Assembly (NCBI GenBank): GCA_964404595.1 | Contig: CAYOKQ010000003.1 | Location: forward strand, 1 to 46,924 | Reading direction: 5' to 3' | Length of the DNA: 46,924 nucleotides | From: an uncultured Methanosarcinales archaeon | Lineage (GTDB): Archaea; Nanobdellota; Nanobdellia; Woesearchaeales; GW2011-AR9 | In this document: in pieces, positions 35,177 through 43,005 of the stretch | Position numbering within the stretch: position 1 is the stretch's first letter | How the letters are laid out: every line of letters begins with the position of its first letter | The notes under the pieces: model-generated | The model's database searches: none | What the model saw: the letters and a program-made list of their open reading frames with translations, nothing else | What the model was told of the DNA's origin: nothing | Position numbers and translations under genes: made by a program

Positions 35177-35182
35177 TTTTTT
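35177..35182 (+). terminator. Oligo-T after the structured RNA
   Basis: TTTTTT lies directly after the closing helix. There is no comparable T-run on the other strand. Confidence 0.45.
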
Positions 35183-35198
35183 GGATAGTGCCGGAATC

Positions 35199-35209
35199 TT
35201 TATATTATA
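35199..35209 (+). promoter_or_regulatory. TATA box for radB
   Basis: TTTATATTATA is centred about 25 nt upstream of the ATG at 35229. Confidence 0.45.
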
Positions 35210-35228
35210 GGTGCATCTTGATCTAGCT

Positions 35229-35900
35229 ATGCACACTTCCACTGGGGCAGGATTTCTAGACACTTTTCTCAATGGTGGATATGATAATGACATCATCACC
35301 ACTCTCTACGGCCCCTCGGGCAGCGGCAAGACCAATTTATGCTTAATTGCGGCAGTGAACTGCGCCCTGAGCGGAAAAAAAGTGATTTTCCTTGATACCG
35401 AAGGCGGCATCGCGGTAGAGAGGATAAAGCAAATTTGCCAAGATTATGAAACAATATTGGAGAGAATGCTCTTTTTTAACCCGGTTACTTTTGAAGAACA
35501 GAAAAAAATATTCGATACACTCCGGGAAATGGTCAATGACCAGATCGGCATGATTGTCGTTGATTACGTTTCTATGTTGTATCGGTTGGAATTGGGAAAA
35601 AATGAAGAGGTATATCAAGTGAACACGGCATTGGGACGACAGATAGCCTATTTGGTCGAAATTGCCCGCCGCAAAAAAATTCCAGTCTTGTTGACAACAC
35701 AAGTATACGCTGATTTTGATCATCGTGACCAAGTCAAGATTGTAGGCGGAGATCTGCTCAAGTACGGGAGTAAATGTTTATTGGAATTGATGAAGCTAAG
35801 TAATTCTCGGGGGATGATATTGAGGAAGCATCGTTCTTTGCCCGAAGGGAAGGAGTTAAGATTTAGGATTGTGCAGGAAGGGATTGAGGAAGTAAGGTAA
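35229..35900 (+). CDS. radB: RadB-type RecA-superfamily ATPase
   Basis: FLDTFLNGGYDNDIITTLYGPSGSGKTNLCL (Walker A), KVIFLDTEGG and MIVVDYVS (Walker B). I preferred the ATG at 35229 over the GTG at 35211, which lies on the TATA box. Confidence 0.75.
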   Translation: MHTSTGAGFLDTFLNGGYDNDIITTLYGPSGSGKTNLCLIAAVNCALSGKKVIFLDTEGGIAVERIKQICQDYETILERMLFFNPVTFEEQKKIFDTLREMVNDQIGMIVVDYVSMLYRLELGKNEEVYQVNTALGRQIAYLVEIARRKKIPVLLTTQVYADFDHRDQVKIVGGDLLKYGSKCLLELMKLSNSRGMILRKHRSLPEGKELRFRIVQEGIEEVR

Positions 35901-35937
35901 AACATATAAAACACCTGATCTTTCTTCCTCAAAATGG

Positions 35938-36816
35938 GTGAATGTGATGGATATTAATTTCCTGGCCTATAATCAATACCGCGGATATGTCATTTACAAT
36001 GAATTGGAACAGATTGAGACCTCTGCTGAATTTAAAAAAATCCTCGCTGATTTGGCTAAACATGAATTAGCACATTTCCGGTTCTGGAAACAGTTTGCGA
36101 CCACCAATAATTTTTCCATCTCGCCTTTCAAACGATGGTTGTATCAAGTGGCCCGGAAAATGTTCGGGCTGACGTTCACGGTCCGTTTCCTGGAACGGCA
36201 TGAAAAAGAACTGATTAATCAGTACCAACATTTTCTTCATGAAATCAAAGATGCAAAATTAAAAAAGAAAATACAGACAATAATTCAGCAGGAACAGCAG
36301 AATGAACGTCTTTTAATTGGACACATCAAAGAAGAAAAAGTGGAATTTATCAGCAGCATCGTATTGGGATTAAGTGACGGCCTGATTGAAATTACCGGAG
36401 CAGTAATCGGATTCGCACTCGCCTTCAGGGTCAATTCTTTGGTAGCTTTAACTGGTTCTATCACCGGACTGGCAGCCGCACTTTCCATGGCCAGTTCTGC
36501 TTATATGCAGGCACGATATGAAAAAGAAAAAAATGCCCGTAAAGCAGCGATATATACCGGAATTACCTATATGATGGTGGTGGGGTTGCTGTTATTGCCT
36601 TTCTTAATCACCACCACAATTCCTGCCGCGTTAACAATTTTGGGGATTATCATCCTATTTATCATAAGCTGGACTTCCTATTATACGTCCATCTTGTTTG
36701 AGCGGCCTTTTCAAAGGCAATTTCTGGAAATGATGATGTTTACTGTGGGAGTGGCCGGGATAACTTTTCTGATCGGATTATTGTTGCGGCATTATTTTGG
36801 GGCAGAATTGAATTAA
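35938..36816 (+). CDS. VIT1/CCC1-family iron/manganese transporter with an N-terminal ferritin-like domain
   Basis: ELAHFRFWKQ and ERHEKELINQY (ferritin-like), then SSIVLGLSDGLIEITGAVIGF and the TM helices typical of the VIT family. The first ATG in frame is at 35947. Confidence 0.7.
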   Translation: MNVMDINFLAYNQYRGYVIYNELEQIETSAEFKKILADLAKHELAHFRFWKQFATTNNFSISPFKRWLYQVARKMFGLTFTVRFLERHEKELINQYQHFLHEIKDAKLKKKIQTIIQQEQQNERLLIGHIKEEKVEFISSIVLGLSDGLIEITGAVIGFALAFRVNSLVALTGSITGLAAALSMASSAYMQARYEKEKNARKAAIYTGITYMMVVGLLLLPFLITTTIPAALTILGIIILFIISWTSYYTSILFERPFQRQFLEMMMFTVGVAGITFLIGLLLRHYFGAELN

Positions 36817-36854
36817 AACAGTGGTGGTCTCATTTCATAATAATTATAAAGGTT

Positions 36855-37331
36855 TTGGTGATTTTTAATCCTATGGATTATACTTTACGTCAGGCGGGAT
36901 TAACATTATGTATGGTGGTTGGTTTAAATTTGTTTTCTGAAGCCGACGCGCAAGGCTGGACTGGCGCATTTATGCCCATCGATAAATCGTTTGCTCCAGA
37001 CCTATTAGAATCGTATGAAAACGAATGCAATGAATGTAAAGCGAATTTAAATTGGGATAGAACTTATCATCCTGTAAAGCCAGGAGATAATTTGTGGAAA
37101 ATTGCCAAAAAATATTATGGGGAAGTTGCTCACCTGAATAGAGAAGGGAACATTACCAAGCATTATCCTACTTTACTTGCTGCGGCGAATAAGATGAGTG
37201 TTTCCGCGATTATTAAGCCCGGGCAGAAATTATGGATACCTTCAACTGCCGATTACAATTGCGTGAGAAATTGCGAGATTGCGGCACCAGATACAACGAG
37301 CCTGACTTATACTATGGGTTTACCTTTCTAA
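36855..37331 (+). CDS. Secreted or anchored LysM-domain protein
   Basis: N-terminal hydrophobic segment, then YHPVKPGDNLWKIAKKYYG...IKPGQKLWIP, a LysM motif. Confidence 0.65.
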   Translation: MVIFNPMDYTLRQAGLTLCMVVGLNLFSEADAQGWTGAFMPIDKSFAPDLLESYENECNECKANLNWDRTYHPVKPGDNLWKIAKKYYGEVAHLNREGNITKHYPTLLAAANKMSVSAIIKPGQKLWIPSTADYNCVRNCEIAAPDTTSLTYTMGLPF

Positions 37332-37486
37332 TTTTTTCCCAGCAATCTTTATAAATCACCCCTTTATTTTACTTGTATCAAAAGCCAACGCCTATCCGCC
37401 CTAGGATATGCAGCGCTGCGTGAGGCCAAAGAAATCGCAGACAAGGATTTAAGATAATTCTTGTTTGTTGATAATAAAAAAAGAAA

Positions 37487-37588
37487 AAGCGGGTTCGCTT
37501 AGTCCGGTAGAGCGTCTGCCTGATAAGCAGATATCCTTACCCAGGATAGGCGGGTTTGAACTCCTTTCCAAAGGATAGAGAGTCCCGC
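37487..37588 (+). tRNA. tRNA-Ile(GAU)-like element: canonical 5-prime part, aberrant or missing 3-prime part
   Basis: - 5-prime part: AGCGGGT-TC-GCTT-AGTCCGGTA-GAGC-G-TCTGC-CTGATAA-GCAGA folds as acceptor strand, D-arm (with GG) and anticodon arm (GAU).
- Downstream: a hairpin TATCC-TTACCCA-GGATA, then the stem GGCGGG/CCCGCC enclosing 29 nt.
- Missing: no complement to the acceptor strand was found. Confidence 0.35.
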
Positions 37589-37639
37589 CCTCGGCGCACT
37601 TATAATTAGATAGAAAAAATGAAGGAGTGAAATTAAACC

Positions 37640-38245
37640 ATGACCGAAACTGCAGAAAACTTATTGTTGGATTCAAATGAATACCTAAAATCTGGAATTC
37701 ACATTGGAACCAAATTCAAAACCAGATATATGGCAAATTTCATCTATAAAACCCGTCCTGACGGATTGAGCGTTTTAAATCTTAAAAAAGTAGATGAGCG
37801 CATCGGCATGGCCATTAACATGCTCTGCCAATACGAAGCTAAAGATATCATTATCATTAGCAGGCGGGAAAATGGCTGGAAAGGATTGAGGCAGCTGCAA
37901 AAATTGACCGGCATGCAAGTATTTATCGGCCGATATCCGCCGGGAATTTTAACCAATGCTGCTTTAGATACATTCATGGAATCAAAAATAATGATGGTCT
38001 GTGATCCTTGGCCTGACAAAAATGCAGTGCTTGATGCGAACATCATCGGTATTCCCGTCATTGCCCTGTGCGACACGAACAACCAATCCAATAACATCGA
38101 TTTAGTGGTCCCTTGCAATAATAAAGGAAAAAAATCAGTAGGGTTGGTTTTCTTCCTTATTGCCAGAGAGTATATGAAACGGCGAGGCCTGCTCAAACCA
38201 GATGAAGAGTTTCCCGTCAAGATGGAAGAGTTCATGGAAGAATAG
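37640..38245 (+). CDS. rps2: 30S ribosomal protein uS2
   Basis: YLKSGIHIGTKFKTRYMANFIYKTRPDGLSVLNLKKVDERI...IIGIPVIALCDTNN is the archaeal S2 signature. A GGAG Shine-Dalgarno-like element lies 8 nt upstream. Confidence 0.9.
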   Translation: MTETAENLLLDSNEYLKSGIHIGTKFKTRYMANFIYKTRPDGLSVLNLKKVDERIGMAINMLCQYEAKDIIIISRRENGWKGLRQLQKLTGMQVFIGRYPPGILTNAALDTFMESKIMMVCDPWPDKNAVLDANIIGIPVIALCDTNNQSNNIDLVVPCNNKGKKSVGLVFFLIAREYMKRRGLLKPDEEFPVKMEEFMEE

Positions 38246-38299
38246 GAATGGAAATTCATGAACTCGTGGACAAGTACCTGCCTGAAATCCACATAGAGG

Positions 38300-38614
38300 A
38301 TGCAGATTATACTCCCTTGGGATGATGCTTCTCATGATGTAGCGTATATACTCCTTGATGTTCCAAAAATATTTTTGCAGGAATATCTTCTTTTAAGAAA
38401 TCAAACTGGCAGAGAATTTCCTGAGGGGCAAGAGTTTTGGTTAGAGACTGATCTTTGCCATAGGCTTCATGGAAAAACAGCAAAATCCACTCATGAAGAT
38501 TTGGAAGATATTTTAGAGTTTTTAGGCGGAAAAGTTGATATTCATTTTTATGGTGACCGTGGAGAGAGAGTTAGATTAGGTGTTTATGAAGTTCCTCAAA
38601 TCAATTTAGAATAA
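38300..38614 (+). CDS. Hypothetical protein
   Basis: 104-aa ORF, 8 nt upstream of the HExxH ORF. Confidence 0.45.
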   Translation: MQIILPWDDASHDVAYILLDVPKIFLQEYLLLRNQTGREFPEGQEFWLETDLCHRLHGKTAKSTHEDLEDILEFLGGKVDIHFYGDRGERVRLGVYEVPQINLE

Positions 38615-38622
38615 TTTAAAAA

Positions 38623-39123
38623 ATGAAAGTACTTGTTACTCCCATTGCCTCATGGCCCGATAGTTCTATTGCCGGACATTTTCTCTACTTTCAGCATCAT
38701 TTTCCACAATTGGGCATTTGGAAAAAAATAAAGAGAGAGCCAATCACGCCAACGTCAGTTGACGAACTTATTAATCGTCATTGGACTGTGGAGTTTGATG
38801 AGAATCTTCCTTTCGCCGGGTATTGCCATTATCTTGAACGAAAGATAGGGATACGATCATCTCAACCCAATTATGACAGAGATGCGTCATTGTGTCATGA
38901 ATTGGTACATGCAATTTATAATTCCCGAAAATTATATGTGGGTGCTGATCAACAGTGGCCGCAGATCGTGATAAAAGAAGTTGTTGCTGAGTATCTGGGA
39001 AGAGAACTTCGGCGGGATGTTCAATTTCTGCCGCATATTATCCATGCATTTGGATTAGAGCCGGGAATTTATGATCCATATAGCGCCAAGGCGTTTGGGG
39101 TGGAGTGGGAAGGGAGTTTATAA
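38623..39123 (+). CDS. Putative small zinc metallopeptidase-like protein (HExxH)
   Basis: LCHELVHAIYN contains H-E-x-x-H. Its 166 aa are comparable in size to ImmA/IrrE- or SprT-like minimal metalloproteases. Confidence 0.45.
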   Translation: MKVLVTPIASWPDSSIAGHFLYFQHHFPQLGIWKKIKREPITPTSVDELINRHWTVEFDENLPFAGYCHYLERKIGIRSSQPNYDRDASLCHELVHAIYNSRKLYVGADQQWPQIVIKEVVAEYLGRELRRDVQFLPHIIHAFGLEPGIYDPYSAKAFGVEWEGSL

Positions 39124-39190
39124 TTCAGTAGCAAAAGGCATTCGCTTTTCCACAACCTTTAAATACAAATTTTCCGGCACATCCTATTTA

Positions 39191-40165
39191 ATGAAAAAGG
39201 TTGTGGTAATAGGGGGAGGAACGGGCAATTTCGTGGTCCTTAGGGGATTAAAGCAATACCCGGTTGATTTAAGTGCTATTGTTTCTATGGCTGACGATGG
39301 CGGCAGCACCGGTATTCTTAGAGATGAATTAGGAGTTCTCCCCCCCGGCGATGTGCGCCAATGCTTAGTTGCCCTTTCCGATTCGAGCAGATTGATGCGC
39401 AGCCTAATGAATTATCGTTTTGAAACGGGCGGGTTGCAAGGACATAGTTTTGGAAACCTTCTCTTATCAGCACTTGAGAAAGTTACCGGCAGTTTTGAAA
39501 AAGCGGTGGAGGAAGCTGGAAAAATTCTCTCCATCAAAGGAAAAGTGATTCCCGTCACCACGCATCAAACCCGGTTGAAAATGATTCTTAAAAATGGAAA
39601 ATTACTCGAAGGAGAAGGACAGGTCTATGTGTCCCAAGATATTGATCAGGGATACAGCAACATCTATCTTGAACCATTTGCCCAGGCCGATGCTCACGCG
39701 GTCGATGAGATCATGAATGCAGATGTGGTGATCTTGGGCCCCGGGGGCTTGTACACTTCACTCATCCCCAATCTCCTGGTGGAAGGAATTCCCCAAGCCC
39801 TGCGTGATACCCAAGCCAAAAAAGTATTTGTGGTTAATTTAATGAACAAGAAAGGCCAAACCACCCATTTTAAGGTCAGTGATCACCTGCATGAGTTGCA
39901 GAAATTTATCGGAAAAGATATTTTTGATTTTATCCTTATCAATGATAAGAAACCTTCCGAAGAATTAATTAAGCTCTATTCTGAGGAAGGGACCATGGTA
40001 GAAAATGATCTAATATCCGATCCTCGGATTATTCCAGCTCACCTGATTGAAAATGGAAAAGCCGATTACGCCGCTGCCGATGCCTTAGCCAAGCATAGGG
40101 CGTTCATTCGCCATGATGCAAAAAAATTAGCCAAAGAGTTGATGCATATTGTTGATAATATTTGA
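39191..40165 (+). CDS. CofD/YvcK-family (UPF0052, 2-phospho-L-lactate-transferase-like) protein
   Basis: KKVVVIGGGTGNFVVLRGLK, SMADDGGSTGILRDELGVLPPGDVRQCLVAL and VILGPGGLYTSLIPNLLV. The start is at the Met at 39191. Confidence 0.8.
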   Translation: MKKVVVIGGGTGNFVVLRGLKQYPVDLSAIVSMADDGGSTGILRDELGVLPPGDVRQCLVALSDSSRLMRSLMNYRFETGGLQGHSFGNLLLSALEKVTGSFEKAVEEAGKILSIKGKVIPVTTHQTRLKMILKNGKLLEGEGQVYVSQDIDQGYSNIYLEPFAQADAHAVDEIMNADVVILGPGGLYTSLIPNLLVEGIPQALRDTQAKKVFVVNLMNKKGQTTHFKVSDHLHELQKFIGKDIFDFILINDKKPSEELIKLYSEEGTMVENDLISDPRIIPAHLIENGKADYAAADALAKHRAFIRHDAKKLAKELMHIVDNI

Positions 40166-40811
40166 TCTTGATGATACTCTCATCGATACCTCCGGAGCGC
40201 TTATTCCCATAAAGTTACGGGCAGCGCTTCAAGCCATGATAAAAGCAGGGCTGAAAGTTAATTCAGAAGAAAGAGCGCTGGCAATATTGCTGGAAATCGA
40301 CTCCTCGTCTCCCAATGGCAAGGAAACACTTGCTCAATTTTTAGACGGTATTCGGGCTGATTTCCGCTTTTTGGAAGCAGGTGCTAAAGAGTATTATGGA
40401 GCGGGCGGCAGCGATTTTACAATTTGTGCTCTTCCTGGCGCTCAAGAGACTTTAGCCAAGCTGCACGAAAATCATCATCTGGTATTAATTTCCAGTGGCG
40501 ATCCTCAGCAACAGCAATTAAAAATGAAGAAAGCCAATATTAATGCAAAATTATTTCAAAAGATTATTATTTGTGATGGATATAATAAGAAAACTCATTA
40601 TCGTCAGATTATGGCCGAGTTTAAATGCCAACCTATTGATAGTATAGTGTGTGGAGATAAATTTGAAACCGATTTACTTCCGGCAAAAGAATTAGGGATG
40701 ACCACGGTGCAAATTCTCTGGGGAAGAGCACTGCGCCTGCCTGTCAAAGGTGAAGGTCCGGATTACCGTATTCGATATTTGCCTGAATTATTAAAAATTG
40801 TGGGACCATGA
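40149..40811 (+). CDS. HAD-superfamily hydrolase
   Basis: Motif I IIFDLDDTLIDT, then LISSGD and VCGDKFETD. It overlaps the upstream gene by 17 nt. Confidence 0.75.
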   Translation: MLIIFDLDDTLIDTSGALIPIKLRAALQAMIKAGLKVNSEERALAILLEIDSSSPNGKETLAQFLDGIRADFRFLEAGAKEYYGAGGSDFTICALPGAQETLAKLHENHHLVLISSGDPQQQQLKMKKANINAKLFQKIIICDGYNKKTHYRQIMAEFKCQPIDSIVCGDKFETDLLPAKELGMTTVQILWGRALRLPVKGEGPDYRIRYLPELLKIVGP

Positions 40812-41503
40812 AAGCTGTCATTTTAGCTGCTGGAAAAGGGGTGCGGATGCTCCCTTTAACTTTGGATACGCCTAAAGTTCTCATCGAAATTAATGAAAAG
40901 CCCTTCCTGTGGTATGTAATTGAGAATCTCAAAAAAGCCGGAGTGCACGAATTGGCTATCATTGCTAATCATCGAAAAGAAAAAATATTCAAATTTTTAG
41001 AACAGTTTCATATTAAAGCCATTGTTCTTCATCAACCACAGCCTTTGGGGACCGCAGATGCGGTAAAACCAGCGCGGGATTTCTGCGGCCAGGACAATTT
41101 TATCATTGTATCTGGCGATAATTTATATGCAGTTGAAGACTTGAAATCCATTCAGAAAAAAGATGCTTTCTGCTATATTGTCGGAAAAGAAGTGGAAGAA
41201 TGGCAGAAGTACGGAGTATTGGTAGTGGAAGGAGAGAACTTGCTTAAAATCGTGGAGAAGCCGAAAGAATTTGTCGGTAATGTAGTCAATACTGGATTGT
41301 ATAAGTGCAGTGCAGACATTTGGCCGGCGCTGGAGAAAATAAGCCTTTCTCCAAGAGGAGAATATGAATTTACCGATGCACTTTCTATCTTGGCAAAGGA
41401 AAGCAAAGTAAAGGTGATGAAGTTGCAGAAATATTGGCTGGATTTGGGATGCAAAGAAGATATTGGGAAGATTGAAAAATTTCTGAGGGAGGAAAAGTAT
41501 TAA
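40808..41503 (+). CDS. Sugar-phosphate nucleotidyltransferase (RmlA/GlmU N-domain-like)
   Basis: MKAVILAAGKGVRMLPLTLDTPKVLIEI, GTADAV and VSGDNLY. It has an ATGA overlap with the HAD gene. Confidence 0.8.
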   Translation: MKAVILAAGKGVRMLPLTLDTPKVLIEINEKPFLWYVIENLKKAGVHELAIIANHRKEKIFKFLEQFHIKAIVLHQPQPLGTADAVKPARDFCGQDNFIIVSGDNLYAVEDLKSIQKKDAFCYIVGKEVEEWQKYGVLVVEGENLLKIVEKPKEFVGNVVNTGLYKCSADIWPALEKISLSPRGEYEFTDALSILAKESKVKVMKLQKYWLDLGCKEDIGKIEKFLREEKY

Positions 41504-41534
41504 AGTTCTTCAAAGAATCTTTTTCCTATTTCAA

Positions 41535-42914
41535 CTATCTCAAATATGCAGTTTTCCTGATGCCGTAAATCCCCTCAAACATATCAATCAGTTTCTGTTG
41601 ATCATAGTCTTTCAATAATCTACTGATTCCCGATCCATCCTGAAATTTTTCTTTTGATGTTCCTCGGATGAAAGAATCTAATCCCTCTCTTTCAAACATT
41701 GCACCAACTAAATGTTGTTTAATAGTGTCATAACCGGTTACATGCGGAACCTTGGTCATTACATTTGCGATATCTCGATTAAAGTAAGGTGCTTCCAACC
41801 GTAACCCATAATGAGCAAATATTTTTCCCATCCTTGCCGTAGCATGTTTTGCCAACCCTCCTCTCCCTAACTGGCGATCTGTCTTCTTAAATCCAAAAGT
41901 CAATGCTTTCCTAAAAGAGATATCTCCTTTATCATCGGTAGAATATCCTGAATCACGAGGATTGTAGCCATAATCATTGATCATTTCATTGGGGCCTTCT
42001 CCACAGAAAATTGTTTTTATTCCTTCGGCTGTGATAGCCTGGCCAACTAAATACATCGCAGCAGCGCAAAATAAATTATCTTTCTTGGGATTTCCGCTTA
42101 TTTTTAATGATTCAAGTACAACATCATCGAGATTAATCCTTTCTGCAATTCTTTTGCTATAACGCAATTCTCTAGCTGGGCTATATCTTTGTACGGTAAT
42201 AGATATACCCGTTTGTTCTTGCTCTATTTTAATTTCTGATAGGTCAATACCAAATCGTGTGGCAAGCTGCCTGCTTTTAACCACATCTGGCTCATTCTCG
42301 TTTACTTTTAATGTAAAAGCGGTAACTTTTTTCTTTTTGGATTTGGGAAATAAATATCCCGCTGCGGAAACTGTTCTCTCTTTGGAAAGCAAGTATCCCA
42401 CGCTCATACTATCCAATCCGCCAGACAAGAGCAATCCTATTTCTTGTTGGGAGATACTTGATAATCTTATATCTATCGATTCTTGCAATAATGCTCTTAC
42501 TATTCTGCCTGCAACTTTAATCTCATCAACGGGCATTCTATTTACCATAAACCATTTTGGCCCATATTCACTTAAATCCTGCAAGGGCGGCTCTATTTCT
42601 TCTTCCGTTGGAGAAGCCGATATAAAAGCCAAACTATCAATGGATGTTCTGGTATTGTTGGAGACAGCTCTTACTGATTCCCAGATAAACATTCGCCGAT
42701 TTTCTTCCAAATAATTTTTAATATCGATAATGTTATTGGCAACAATCAATTCTTTCGTTTTAATATCACTATAATAGTGTAGGGGATTTTCACCTAAATA
42801 ATCTCGTTCCAATATCACTTGGGAACCGGTTTCTCTCAGTTCTGAAAAGCGATAATTTACATTAGGAAATATTTCCTTTTTCCGTAAATCCGTAACTGTA
42901 AATTGTTTAACCAT
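41535..42914 (-). CDS. Asparagine-synthetase-like PP-loop amidotransferase with a vestigial glutaminase domain
   Basis: GLLLSGGLDSMSV (SGGxDS PP-loop) and ERDYLGENPLHYY (remnant of the Ntn domain). The N-terminus is MVKQ rather than MCG, so the nucleophilic Cys is absent. Confidence 0.7.
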   Translation of the reverse strand: MVKQFTVTDLRKKEIFPNVNYRFSELRETGSQVILERDYLGENPLHYYSDIKTKELIVANNIIDIKNYLEENRRMFIWESVRAVSNNTRTSIDSLAFISASPTEEEIEPPLQDLSEYGPKWFMVNRMPVDEIKVAGRIVRALLQESIDIRLSSISQQEIGLLLSGGLDSMSVGYLLSKERTVSAAGYLFPKSKKKKVTAFTLKVNENEPDVVKSRQLATRFGIDLSEIKIEQEQTGISITVQRYSPARELRYSKRIAERINLDDVVLESLKISGNPKKDNLFCAAAMYLVGQAITAEGIKTIFCGEGPNEMINDYGYNPRDSGYSTDDKGDISFRKALTFGFKKTDRQLGRGGLAKHATARMGKIFAHYGLRLEAPYFNRDIANVMTKVPHVTGYDTIKQHLVGAMFEREGLDSFIRGTSKEKFQDGSGISRLLKDYDQQKLIDMFEGIYGIRKTAYLR

Positions 42915-42970
42915 ATTACTCCTTGATAGTTATGACTACTATATTAAACTTATCAATATTATTTTTTACA

Positions 42971-43003
42971 AAATCGTTAAATTTATATATAAAAAACGAT
43001 TTA
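42971..43003 (+). promoter_or_regulatory. Palindrome-flanked TATA box upstream of the Lrp-like gene
   Basis: AAATCGTT (42971-78) and AACGATTT (42996-43003) are an 8-nt inverted repeat bracketing TTTATATATA (42982-91). Confidence 0.45.
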
Positions 43004-43005
43004 TT

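Noticed and set aside
37449-37676. 75-aa minus-strand ORF
   Set aside because: It overlaps the tRNA-like element and the start of rps2 and has no supporting signal.
37744-38335. 182-aa and 66-aa minus-strand ORFs
   Set aside because: They are antisense to the well-supported rps2 gene and are typical shadow ORFs.
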